A stretch of 55,526 bases of DNA from an uncultured Thiodictyon sp. (GCF_903828115.1 NZ_CAIKKU010000632.1:1-55526), one strand, 5' to 3'. Counted from the first letter of the stretch, positions 30,666-39,529 are shown. The notes: generated by a model from the sequence alone, not told the origin. Made by a program: numbers and translations.

Positions 30666-32045
30666 ATGCGCACGGAACCTGTGGCCCTGCCCGATGTGAT
30701 GCTGGTGCTCGACACCCAGGGCATCATCCGCGATGCGACACTGTCCAACCTGTTCGCCGACGAGGGCGTGGCTGACTGGATCGGCAACCCCTGGACGGAC
30801 ACGGTGAGCGAGTCCGACAGCGAGGGCCTGCGGCGCATGATGGAGTACGCCCGTGAGACCGGCGTCTGCGCCTTCCGCAATGTGACACAGCGCTTCCCCA
30901 GCGGCCTCCAGATCCCGGTCGAGTACACGACCGTCCTGCTCGGCGGGCACACCGGGCTCCTGGCCGTCGGCAAGAATCTGCGGGCGGTGGCCGAACTCCA
31001 GTCGCGGCTGGTCGAGGCGCAGCAGGCGATGGAGCGGGACTATTGGAAGCTGCGCGAGGTCGAGACCCGCTACCGCCTCCTGTTCAACTCCTCCCGGGAT
31101 GCGGTCCTGCTGTTGCGTGCCGCCACCCTGCGCATCGTCGATCTGAACCCCGCGGCGGCGGCGGCCCTCGGGATCGGGGCGACCCCGACCAAGGGCGCCG
31201 CCGACCTGCGCTTTCCGGAGGCCCTGCGGGTCGACGAGCGCGAGGTCTTCGATGGGATGATCCAGCGCATCCGTGAGCGCGGCAAGGCCCCCGGGGTCCT
31301 GTTGCGCCTCGGGCGGACCCAGACCCCCTGGCTGGTGCGGGCCTCCCTGGTCAGTTGCGCCCAGGAGGAGGTCCTCCTGGTCCAACTGGTGCCGGCGGTG
31401 CTGGACCAGGCCCCGCCGGACCCGGCCGACCCGGTGCGGTTCGAAGACCTGATCGAGGGCGGGCCGGACGGCTTCGTGGTCATCAGCCACGAGGGTACGA
31501 TCCTGCGCGCCAACCGTGCCTTTCTGGAACTGGTCCAGATGGGTTCCGAGGCCGCGGTGTTGGGCGAGCCCCTCGGGCGCTGGCTCGGCCGGCCGGGGGC
31601 CGACCTCACGGTACTGCTGGCCAACGTGATGCGGCTGGGGGCGGTCAAGCTCTTCTCCACGGTCCTGCACGGCGACCTCGGCACCGAGGTCCAGGCCGAG
31701 ATCTCGGCCGCCGGCCGCGGCGGCAAACAGGGCGGGACCATCGGTGTCTTCATCCGCGACGTGAGCCGCCGCCTGTCGGCCGCCGACCAGGGTCGGGGCA
31801 TGGACGGGGTGATGGAGTCCCTGACCAAACAGATCGGCAAGACGACCCTGCGCAAGCTGGTGGATGACACGGTCGCGGTCGTCGAACAGCGCTACATCGA
31901 GGCCGCGCTGGATCTGACCGCCGGCAACCGCACCGCGGCGGCGGAGTTGTTGGGACTCAGCCGCCAGAGTCTCTATGTCAAGCTGGGGCGCTATGGGTTG
32001 GAGGATGATCCCAAGCTGTTGGCAGATCCGGCGGTGTTGCCTTAG
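30666..32045 (+). CDS. ppsR: Photosynthesis gene regulator PpsR/CrtJ (PAS-Q-linker-PAS-PAS-HTH)
   Basis: LQSRLVEAQQAMERDYWKLREVETRYRLLF linker, PAS domains and Fis-type HTH NRTAAAELLGLSRQSLYVKL. Confidence 0.95.
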   Translation: MRTEPVALPDVMLVLDTQGIIRDATLSNLFADEGVADWIGNPWTDTVSESDSEGLRRMMEYARETGVCAFRNVTQRFPSGLQIPVEYTTVLLGGHTGLLAVGKNLRAVAELQSRLVEAQQAMERDYWKLREVETRYRLLFNSSRDAVLLLRAATLRIVDLNPAAAAALGIGATPTKGAADLRFPEALRVDEREVFDGMIQRIRERGKAPGVLLRLGRTQTPWLVRASLVSCAQEEVLLVQLVPAVLDQAPPDPADPVRFEDLIEGGPDGFVVISHEGTILRANRAFLELVQMGSEAAVLGEPLGRWLGRPGADLTVLLANVMRLGAVKLFSTVLHGDLGTEVQAEISAAGRGGKQGGTIGVFIRDVSRRLSAADQGRGMDGVMESLTKQIGKTTLRKLVDDTVAVVEQRYIEAALDLTAGNRTAAAELLGLSRQSLYVKLGRYGLEDDPKLLADPAVLP

Positions 32046-32118
32046 CGAGGGTTTGCCTCAGATCGACCAGTCACAGGTCACAAACCAGGCATCGACAATG
32101 GTGTCGGCTGGCGATAAA

Positions 32119-32159
32119 TTGACAGGATTAACAGGATTTCGCAGGATTAACAGGATTTT
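32119..32159 (+). repeat. Four tandem CAGGATT-core units of 9-10 bp (single arm)
   Basis: gacaggatta acaggattt cgcaggatta acaggattt. Confidence 0.75.
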
Positions 32160-32216
32160 CGGAAGTGTAGCGCGTAGGTCGCGTTAGGCGCGCGCACCGA
32201 GCCTTGCTGTCATCCG

Positions 32217-32365
32217 CTGCGCATCGAAGCCCCCTGCCTTCAGATAACGGACCGAGACGGTAACCTCAAACCGCGTTCCCCGCAGCGCCGTCGTGTGGGG
32301 GACGAGCGTCACCAGGGCACGATCGACGTCCTCTGTCGCCACACTCCTCACCAGACAGGCAGGCT
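32217..32365 (-). pseudogene. Remnant of a PemK/MazF-like toxin
   Basis: CLVRSVATEDVDRALVTLVPHTTALRGTRFEVTVSVRYLKAGGFDAQ resembles the PemK/MazF core (RPCLVLS...VPHTT); N- and C-termini missing. Confidence 0.6.
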
Positions 32366-32708
32366 CCGTTGCGGATGTGCACGCGGCCCGCGAAGTCCTC
32401 CCGCGCCAAGCCCACGCCAGCACGCCCATCCGCTCGCCGCCGTCGCAACGCGCGGGCAGTCTGTCTCAGCCCTGACACAGGGCACTGACCGGCGCGCCCG
32501 CCGTCGCTGCCGAGCCTCGCCAGGGCGGCGATGACCTGAGGCAAAACAGTTCTATCGCGCATTGCGCCGGGCGCCTCGGCGGTGGGAACGGCTCTTGCTT
32601 GACCGGCATTGATCGCTCGCGACCCGGTGCCCAGCCCAGTCGCGGCTTACCCTGAAAGGCCGCGTGCCGGCCCAAGACCCGCGGACACCCCGGAGCGACT
32701 GCACCACG

Positions 32709-34010
32709 ATGTGGACAAGTGACCCCGCCCAGACACCAGGCAACCTGACCTGCCCCTTCTGCGGCCTCGCGTGCGATGACCTGAGCGTCGCCCCAGGCCC
32801 GGCGGATGCCGGCCTGGTCCTGGTGAATGGCTGTCAGACCGCCCGCGGCGCATTCGCCGGCGCCATGGCCGCGGGCCCTGGTACCGCACTGATCAAGGGC
32901 CAGCCGGTCAGCCTCGAGGCAGCCCTGGCCCACGCCGCCGGGCTGCTCGCGGCGGCCCGGGCGCCGCTGTTCGGCGGCCTGGTGACCGATGTCAACGGGA
33001 TGCGCGCCGTGCTGGAGTTGGCCGATCGCTGCGGGGCCCTGCTCGACCATGTCGGCGCCGACGCCCTGTTCCGCAATCTGCTGGTCCTCCAGGACGGCGG
33101 TTGGATGACCGCGACCCTGACCGAGGTGCGCAACCGTGCGGACCTGATCCTGATCCTGGGCCGCGAGGTCCCGCACCGCTTCCCGCGGCTGTGCGAGCGG
33201 GTGTTGCTGCCCCCCGAGGCCCTCTTCTCGCCGCCCGGAGAGCGCCGTCTGGTCCTGCTCGGCCCCGCGGAACCCGGTCCGCTCCCGGCCGAGTTCGCCG
33301 CCGCCAACCCGACCCTGATCCCGGTGGCGTTGGCGGACCTGGCCGGGGTCGGCGCCCTGCTGCGCGGCCTGATCGCCGGTCGGCCGGTGCGGGCCGATGC
33401 CATCCCCGGGGTGGCGGGCGCGCAACTAAAGCAGTTAGCGGGCTGGCTGTGCGGCGCCCGCTACGCGGTGGTGACCTGGGCCGCGGGCGAACTCGCCTTC
33501 CCCCACGCGGAGTTGACGGTCCAGGCCTTCGTGGAACTGGTCCGCGACCTCAACCGCACGACGCGGGCCGCCGCGCTGCCCCTGGCCGGGACCCTCGGGG
33601 ACCTGACGGCCAACCAGGTCTGCACCTGGCAGACCGGCTATCCGCTGCGCAGCGGGCGCCAACAGGGCCGCTCCTGCTACGAGCCACTGCTCTACCGCCA
33701 TCAGGACCTGCTGGCGCAGGGGCAGTCCGACCTGCTGCTGTGGGTCCAGGCGCTGCCGGCCGCCAACCCGGCCGCAACGCCCGCTGCCAAGTGTCCGACC
33801 ATTGTCTTGGGTTACCCGGGGCTCGCCTGTGGGCGGGTACCGGAGGTCTTCATCCCGGTGGGCCTGCCGGGGATCGACCACCCCGGGCACTGGTACCGCA
33901 CCGATGCCGTCTGCCCGCTGCCGCTCGGGCAGGTGCGCGACCTGGGGTTGGCGTCGGTGGCGGGGGTGATCGGGAAGCTGAGCGAGCGGCTTGGCGCCAC
34001 GGCCGAGTGA
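32709..34010 (+). CDS. fhcB: Formyltransferase/hydrolase complex subunit B (FwdB-like)
   Basis: CPFCGLACDD, ATLTEVRNRADLIL, WQTGYPLR and GIDHPG..YRTD motifs; first gene of the B-A-D-C order; start uncertain (32664 or 32709). Confidence 0.9.
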   Translation: MWTSDPAQTPGNLTCPFCGLACDDLSVAPGPADAGLVLVNGCQTARGAFAGAMAAGPGTALIKGQPVSLEAALAHAAGLLAAARAPLFGGLVTDVNGMRAVLELADRCGALLDHVGADALFRNLLVLQDGGWMTATLTEVRNRADLILILGREVPHRFPRLCERVLLPPEALFSPPGERRLVLLGPAEPGPLPAEFAAANPTLIPVALADLAGVGALLRGLIAGRPVRADAIPGVAGAQLKQLAGWLCGARYAVVTWAAGELAFPHAELTVQAFVELVRDLNRTTRAAALPLAGTLGDLTANQVCTWQTGYPLRSGRQQGRSCYEPLLYRHQDLLAQGQSDLLLWVQALPAANPAATPAAKCPTIVLGYPGLACGRVPEVFIPVGLPGIDHPGHWYRTDAVCPLPLGQVRDLGLASVAGVIGKLSERLGATAE

Positions 34011-34020
34011 AAAGGTATTT

Positions 34021-34213
34021 GTCCGTAAATGAACGCAAATAAACGCAAATGAAGATAATTCGTTTTCCGGCGGCCTTGATCATTACTCCGGCCACGGCGC
34101 TCGTGTCGGGGGTGCTGGTCCGCACAGCGGACCCTACGCGGCGTCGTGCCCGTAGGGTCCGCTGCGCGGACCGGGCCTCGCCGATTTGCGTTCATTTGCG
34201 TTCATTGGCGGAC
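34021..34213. repeat. Palindrome with 10-mer tandem arms (AATGAACGCA)n enclosing a GTAG-REP doublet
   Basis: 34021-34050 matches the reverse complement of 34184-34213 at 27/30; REPs inside at 34117-34137 and 34152-34172. Confidence 0.88.
34117..34172. repeat. Inverted doublet of the 21-bp REP GTAGGGTCCGCTG(C/T)GCGGACC
   Basis: ggtccgcacagcggaccctac-14 nt-gtagggtccgctgcgcggacc; the same REP occurs at 38569, 55333 and 55366. Confidence 0.9.
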
Positions 34214-34266
34214 GACTCCTCTTTCTTGGACATTGCAGCCGCGATGGTCTGTGCAGGAGGGGGCAG

Positions 34267-35931
34267 ATGCTGACCCGGCTCGCCGGCGGCCTGATCTATG
34301 ATCCCGCCCAGGGGATCGACGGCGAGGTCCGCGACCTCTTCATCCGTGACGGACAGCTCGTCGCGCCCGCACCCGGGGAGGACCCGGACCACACCTATGA
34401 CCTGCGCGGCAAGTTGGTGATGGCTGGCGCCATCGACCTGCACACCCATATCGGCGGGGGCAAGGTCAACATCGCCCGCACCATGCTGCCGGAGGATCAA
34501 CGGGCCCATTGCCGTGCCCGCACCGCATTGACGCGCACCGGGGGCGGGCAGGTGGTGCCCTCGACCTTCGCCGCCGGCTATCGCTACGCGGAGATGGGCT
34601 ATACGACCGCCTTTGAACCGGCCGTGCTGCCGATGAATGCCCGCCAGGCCCACATGGAAATGGCGGACACCCCGATGCTCGACACCGGCGGCTATGCCAT
34701 GCTCGGCAATGACGACCTGCTGCTCCAGCTCATGAGCGAGGGGGTGGGCCAGGAGGTCATCAATGACTATGTGGCCTGGACCCTGAAGGCCACCCAGTGT
34801 ATCGGCATCAAGGTCGTCAACCCAGGCGGGATCAACGCCTTCAAGTTCAATGCCCGCAAGCTGGATGTCGATGAGCGCCATCCCCATTACCCGCTCACCC
34901 CCCGCGACATCCTGCGGACCCTGAGCCGCGCGGTGGCGGAGCTGGGCGTCCCGCACCCGCTGCATGTGCATGCGAGCAATCTGGGTATCCCGGGTAACCA
35001 GGTCTCCACGCTCGCCACCATCGACGCCGCCGAGGGACTGCCGATCCATCTCACCCATATCCAGTTCCACAGCTATGGGGCCGAGGGTGACCGACGCTTT
35101 TCATCCGCCGCGGCGGTGATTGCCGAGGCGGTCAACCGCCGGCCGAACGTCACGATCGACGTGGGTCAGGTGATGTTCGGCCAGACCGTGACCGTGTCCG
35201 GCGACACCATGCGTCAGTATGCCAACCACCAGCACGCACACCCGCGCAAGTGGACCTGCATGGACATCGAGTGCGACGCGGGCTGCGGGGTGGTGCCGTT
35301 CCGCTATCGCGACCAGAATTTCGTCAACGCGCTGCAATGGGCCATCGGGCTGGAACTGTTCCTGATGGTAGACGATCCCTGGCGGGTCTTCCTGACCACC
35401 GACCACCCCAACGGCGCCCCCTTCACCAGCTACCCGCGGCTGATCCGGCTGCTGATGGACCGGGGCTTCCGCAATGACTGCCTGGCCCAGATCAACCCCG
35501 AGGCCGCCGCCCTGTCCAACCTGGGCTCACTCACCCGGGAGTACAGTCGCAATGAGATAGCCATCATGACCCGCGCCGCCCCGGCCCGCATCCTGGGCCT
35601 TGCCGACCGCGGCCACCTGGCTCCCGGTGCGCGCGCCGACATCACGGTCTACCACGACCTGGCGGACCCCGAACAGACCTTTGCCCGTCCCATGCTGGTC
35701 TTCAAGGGCGGCGAGCTGGTGGTGGAGGAGGGCGCCGTCACCCGCGTGGTGCGGGGCCGCACCCAGGTGGTCAGGCCCGAGTTCGACCCCGCCATTGAGG
35801 GCCGTATCGGCCGCTGGTTCGACCGTTACCACAGCATCCGGCTGGCCAATTTCGCGATCACCGACACCGAGATGGCGGCGGGCATCGGCAGCCCGGTCAC
35901 CATCCATCCCTGTAATAGGAGAAGTACGTGA
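34267..35931 (+). CDS. fhcA: Formyltransferase/hydrolase complex subunit A (FwdA-like amidohydrolase)
   Basis: ATG 34267 after GGAGG; IDLHTHIGGGKVN, GIKVVNPGG, HVHASNLG and LTTDHPNG motifs. Confidence 0.95.
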   Translation: MLTRLAGGLIYDPAQGIDGEVRDLFIRDGQLVAPAPGEDPDHTYDLRGKLVMAGAIDLHTHIGGGKVNIARTMLPEDQRAHCRARTALTRTGGGQVVPSTFAAGYRYAEMGYTTAFEPAVLPMNARQAHMEMADTPMLDTGGYAMLGNDDLLLQLMSEGVGQEVINDYVAWTLKATQCIGIKVVNPGGINAFKFNARKLDVDERHPHYPLTPRDILRTLSRAVAELGVPHPLHVHASNLGIPGNQVSTLATIDAAEGLPIHLTHIQFHSYGAEGDRRFSSAAAVIAEAVNRRPNVTIDVGQVMFGQTVTVSGDTMRQYANHQHAHPRKWTCMDIECDAGCGVVPFRYRDQNFVNALQWAIGLELFLMVDDPWRVFLTTDHPNGAPFTSYPRLIRLLMDRGFRNDCLAQINPEAAALSNLGSLTREYSRNEIAIMTRAAPARILGLADRGHLAPGARADITVYHDLADPEQTFARPMLVFKGGELVVEEGAVTRVVRGRTQVVRPEFDPAIEGRIGRWFDRYHSIRLANFAITDTEMAAGIGSPVTIHPCNRRST

Positions 35932-36035
35932 GTACGTTAGTACGGAAGTACGTTGGAGCGCGGCGGGCCGTGCGAACTCCCTCTGGCCGTACTCACGTAC
36001 TCACGTACTAACGTACTCCCGTACTAACGTACTTC
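35921..36035. repeat. Palindrome with 8-mer tandem arms (AGTACGnn)4 / (nnCGTACT)6
   Basis: gaagtacgtgagtacgttagtacggaagtacgtt ... cgtactcacgtactcacgtactaacgtactcccgtactaacgtacttc; the left arm contains the fhcA stop codon. Confidence 0.9.
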
Positions 36036-36048
36036 CGCCGGAGCCAGG

Positions 36049-36954
36049 ATGATCAGAAACGGCATCGCCATCGATGACACCTTCGCCGAGGCCTTCGGCA
36101 TGACGGCCGCGCGCCTCATCGTCACCGCCATCAACCCCCGCTGGGCGCGGATCGCCGGGGAGACCATGACCGGCTTCGCCACCTCGGTCATCGGCTGCGG
36201 GGCGGAGGCGGGGATCGAGTCTGCGCTGGCCCCGGAAGCGACCCCGGACGGTCGACCAGGGGTCAGTGTCCTGCTGTTCGCCGTGTCCGGCAAGGAATTG
36301 GAGAAGCAGGTGGAGCGCCGGGTCGGTCAGTGCGTCCTGACCTGCCCCAGCACCGCCTGTTTCTCCGGCATGGAGGGCGAGAAGCCGGTCCCCCTGGGCA
36401 AGAACCTGCGCTATTTCGGCGATGGCTTTCAGATCGCCAAGCGTATCGGCGGCCGGCGCTATTGGCGGGTCCCGGTGATGGACGGTGAATTCCTGTGCGA
36501 GGAGGTCACGGCCCGCACCAGCGCGGTCGGCGGCGGCAACTTTCTGGTCCTGGCCCGCGGCTTGCCGCAGGCCCTCGCGGCCTGCGAGCAGGCGGTCCTG
36601 GCGATCCGGCGCCTGCCGCGCGTGCTGCTGCCCTTCCCGGGTGGGATCGCCCGCTCCGGCTCCAAGGTCGGCTCCAAATACAAGGCACTGATGGCCTCCA
36701 CCAACGATGCCTATTGCCCGACGTTGCGCGGCTTGGTGCACTCCAGTCTCTCGGAGGACGTCGGCGCGGTGCTGGAGATCGTCATCAACGGCCTGACCGA
36801 GGCCGACGTGCGGGAGGCGACCCGGGTCGGCATCGAATCCATCTGTGCCCTGGGTGCTGCCTCCGGTGTGCTGCGTATCTCCGCCGGCAACTATGGCGGC
36901 AAGCTCGGGCAGTATCATTTCCATTTGCGCGAGATACTGGCTGACCAAGCATGA
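36049..36954 (+). CDS. fhcD: Formylmethanofuran-tetrahydromethanopterin N-formyltransferase
   Basis: IDDTFAEAF, GFATSVIGCGAEAG, RVGQCVLTCP and ISAGNYGGKLG motifs. Confidence 0.97.
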   Translation: MIRNGIAIDDTFAEAFGMTAARLIVTAINPRWARIAGETMTGFATSVIGCGAEAGIESALAPEATPDGRPGVSVLLFAVSGKELEKQVERRVGQCVLTCPSTACFSGMEGEKPVPLGKNLRYFGDGFQIAKRIGGRRYWRVPVMDGEFLCEEVTARTSAVGGGNFLVLARGLPQALAACEQAVLAIRRLPRVLLPFPGGIARSGSKVGSKYKALMASTNDAYCPTLRGLVHSSLSEDVGAVLEIVINGLTEADVREATRVGIESICALGAASGVLRISAGNYGGKLGQYHFHLREILADQA

Positions 36955-37763
36955 CCTCACTGACCCTGGAATTGACCGCGCCGCCGATGCCCCGTATCGA
37001 CCTGTCGGCCCTGACCCCGGACCGGCTCGCGGGTCGGTCGGCGGATGCGATCCGGCGCCTGCCGCTGTGGGTCGGCAATGAGGAGGCCACGCTGGGCGAC
37101 CTCTTCACCGTGACGGCCGGGGACACCGATGACATCCTGATCCGCTGCGACAGTGACCGCCTGGACGGTATCGGTACCGGTATGAGCCGCGGCGCCATCC
37201 GCGTCGAGGGCCGCGCCGGGGCCTACCTGGGCCGGCAGCAGCGCGGCGGCACCATCAGCGTCAGCGGCGACACCGGCCCCTTCGCCGGCAGCGGCATGAC
37301 CGGCGGGGGCATCGAGATCGGCGGCAATGCCGGCGACTTCCTGGGTGCCGCCATCCCGGGCGAGCGGCGTGGGATGCGCGGCGGTCGTATCCAGGTCCGG
37401 GGCAACGCCGGGGACCGGATCGGCGACCACCAACGGCGCGGCCTGATCCTGATCGGCGGCGACGCCGGGGACTACTGCGGCTCCCGTCTGGTCGCCGGCA
37501 CCATCGTCGTCCTGGGCCGCACCGGGGCCAATCTGGGGTTCGCCATGCGCCGCGGCACCCTGCTGCTGACCTCGCAACCGCGCCTGCCCCCGACCTTCAA
37601 CCCCAACGGGACTCAAGAACCGGGCTTTCTCGCCCTCCTGACCCGCGATCTCGCCGGGCTGGGCGGCCCCTTCGGCCAACTCCAGGCCCGCGGCACCCGC
37701 GTCCACCGCTGGCTCGGCGACCTGGGCTACGGCGGTCAGGGCGAGGTCCTGGTCTGGGCCTGA
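36951..37763 (+). CDS. fhcC: Formyltransferase/hydrolase complex subunit C (FwdC-like GXGXG beta-helix)
   Basis: Repeated G..M.GG.I.V.G.AG units; ATGA overlap with fhcD. Confidence 0.94.
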   Translation: MTSLTLELTAPPMPRIDLSALTPDRLAGRSADAIRRLPLWVGNEEATLGDLFTVTAGDTDDILIRCDSDRLDGIGTGMSRGAIRVEGRAGAYLGRQQRGGTISVSGDTGPFAGSGMTGGGIEIGGNAGDFLGAAIPGERRGMRGGRIQVRGNAGDRIGDHQRRGLILIGGDAGDYCGSRLVAGTIVVLGRTGANLGFAMRRGTLLLTSQPRLPPTFNPNGTQEPGFLALLTRDLAGLGGPFGQLQARGTRVHRWLGDLGYGGQGEVLVWA

Positions 37764-37807
37764 GTCAATCCTCTCGTCATTGTCAGCAACCAGCGAACGA
37801 CCATCCT

Positions 37808-38563
37808 ATGGCCACGCAACTCCTCTTCTATGATACCGCCGTGCCGGTATCCAGTCAGCGCCACCTGGGGCTGTCGGTGAAGGCCGGGGGCGACTTCGGA
37901 TTCGCCCGCAAGGCGCACTCGGTGCCGCTGACGGCGGTCGAGATCGCCCGGGCGGCGGCCGAATACGCGGTGGTGTTCGCCGGTGAGGGCGAGGCGGTCA
38001 TGCCGGTGGTGATCCTGGGTGTGGATGCCGGGCGCAACCTGTTCGTCAAGGCGGGCGGTGCCTGGGATGGCGCCTATGTCCCGGCCTTCGTGCGCCGCTA
38101 CCCCTTCGTCTTTGCCGCCAGTGAGGATGGCAAGACCTTCACCCTGTGCATCGACGAGTCCTTCAGCGGCTGTAACCGCGAGGGCCGCGGCGAGCAACTC
38201 TTCGATACCGCGGGTGAACGCACCCAATACCTGGAAGGGGTCCTGAATTTCGTCAAGGAGTATCAGGTCCAGCACCAGAACACCCGCGCCTTCTGCAAGC
38301 ATCTGCAGGACCTGGGTCTCCTGGAGCCCATGCAGGCGCAGTTCACGTTGCCGGGCGGTGCGCAACACAACCTTGCCGGGTTCATGGCGGTGAATCGCAC
38401 CCGGTTGAAGGCCCTGGGGCGCGAGGCCCTGGCGGACCTGGCGCTGAGCGACGAACTGGAACTGATCTATCTGCACCTGCACTCACTGCAACACTTCAAC
38501 CGGATGCTCGAGCGCATCGGGACCGCCGCGGCCGGGGAGGGCGGCGCCCCTGTCACCCACTGA
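37808..38563 (+). CDS. SapC family protein
   Basis: VPLTAVE..AA.EY.VVF, W...YVPAFVRRYPF and LELIYLHLHSL motifs. Confidence 0.88.
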   Translation: MATQLLFYDTAVPVSSQRHLGLSVKAGGDFGFARKAHSVPLTAVEIARAAAEYAVVFAGEGEAVMPVVILGVDAGRNLFVKAGGAWDGAYVPAFVRRYPFVFAASEDGKTFTLCIDESFSGCNREGRGEQLFDTAGERTQYLEGVLNFVKEYQVQHQNTRAFCKHLQDLGLLEPMQAQFTLPGGAQHNLAGFMAVNRTRLKALGREALADLALSDELELIYLHLHSLQHFNRMLERIGTAAAGEGGAPVTH

Positions 38564-38568
38564 GCCCC

Positions 38569-38589
38569 GTAGGGTCCGCTGCGCGGACC
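38569..38589 (+). repeat. Single GTAG-type REP
   Basis: gtagggtccgctgcgcggacc, identical to 34152-34172 and 55366-55386; lies between convergent genes. Confidence 0.88.
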
Positions 38590-38645
38590 GCCGCCCCCTC
38601 AACCATTAGAAAGGCCCAGGATAAGCAGGCAAGGCCCAACCAGAC

Positions 38646-39350
38646 TCAGCGCCCGTCGCCTGGCTTGCCCCCGAACTCCGCTGCATCCGTGAGCCCCGCC
38701 AAGTCGCTCAACGCGGCGCGGTCCCTGACCGTGACCTGCGCGCCCTGGACCGCCACGACCCCATCCTGGGTCAGTTGCCGGATGACGCGGGAGAAGGTCT
38801 CCGGCTGGATCGACAGGCGCGACGCCAGCACCCCCTTGGGGACCTCCAGCACAAATTCCGGCCGGTCCGCCGACACCTGTGCCAGCAGATAGCGCGCGAC
38901 CCGGCTGGTGGCACTGTGCAGCGTCAGGTTGTCGATCTCCGCGATCAGGCCGCGCAGGCGCCGACTCAATGCCCCCATGACCACGAAACAGATGTCCACG
39001 GATTCGCGCAGCATGGCGGCGAAGGCCGCGGCCTCGATGCCGATCAGTTCCGTCGGCTCCAGGGCCGCGGCGCACACCGGATAGCGCGGTGCCTTCAGGA
39101 ACATCAGGGCCTCGGCGAAGGTCTGCCCCGGCGAGACGATCTCGATGACCTTCTCGACCCCATCCGGCGACAGCCGGAACAGCCGCAGTTGCCCGTGCTC
39201 GACGAAATAGAAGCGGCGCGATGGGTCCCCCTGGCGGAACAGCCACTGACCCTCGTCCAGGTGGATGGCAACGGCGTGGCCGGCCACCCGTTCCAGTTGT
39301 TCGGTGCTCAACCCCGACAGCAGCGGCGCCTTGCGCAGCAGTTCGATCAT
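38646..39350 (-). CDS. Crp/Fnr family regulator (Dnr-like, no N-terminal Fe-S cysteine cluster)
   Basis: cNMP-binding fold (LFRQGD, GQTFAEALMF) and HTH LASRLSIQPETFSR. Confidence 0.92.
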   Translation of the reverse strand: MIELLRKAPLLSGLSTEQLERVAGHAVAIHLDEGQWLFRQGDPSRRFYFVEHGQLRLFRLSPDGVEKVIEIVSPGQTFAEALMFLKAPRYPVCAAALEPTELIGIEAAAFAAMLRESVDICFVVMGALSRRLRGLIAEIDNLTLHSATSRVARYLLAQVSADRPEFVLEVPKGVLASRLSIQPETFSRVIRQLTQDGVVAVQGAQVTVRDRAALSDLAGLTDAAEFGGKPGDGR

Positions 39351-39529
39351 GATTCATGGCCTCGTGACGCGGTATCGGGCAGTATGCTCGCAAGCGACAG
39401 TGACAGGCCAAAGCAGCGCATCCGGTGGTGAGCAAGTGGGTGACGATTCGGTCGGCTTGGCGCGTTGCGCGGGCCGCCAGCCGTCCCCGCCTCCGCGAAG
39501 TTACATAAGATACATTATCGGCAATTGGT

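Noticed and set aside
3654-36035. Short repeat arrays as CRISPR
   Set aside because: Units are 6-10 bp, contiguous and inverted, with no unique spacers and no cas genes.
5230-37706. Many long antisense or alternate-frame ORFs (e.g. 9790-11244, 12437-13927, 15610-16848, 20783-22237, 36001-36960)
   Set aside because: They overlap well-supported genes, have no motifs, and are expected in high-GC DNA.
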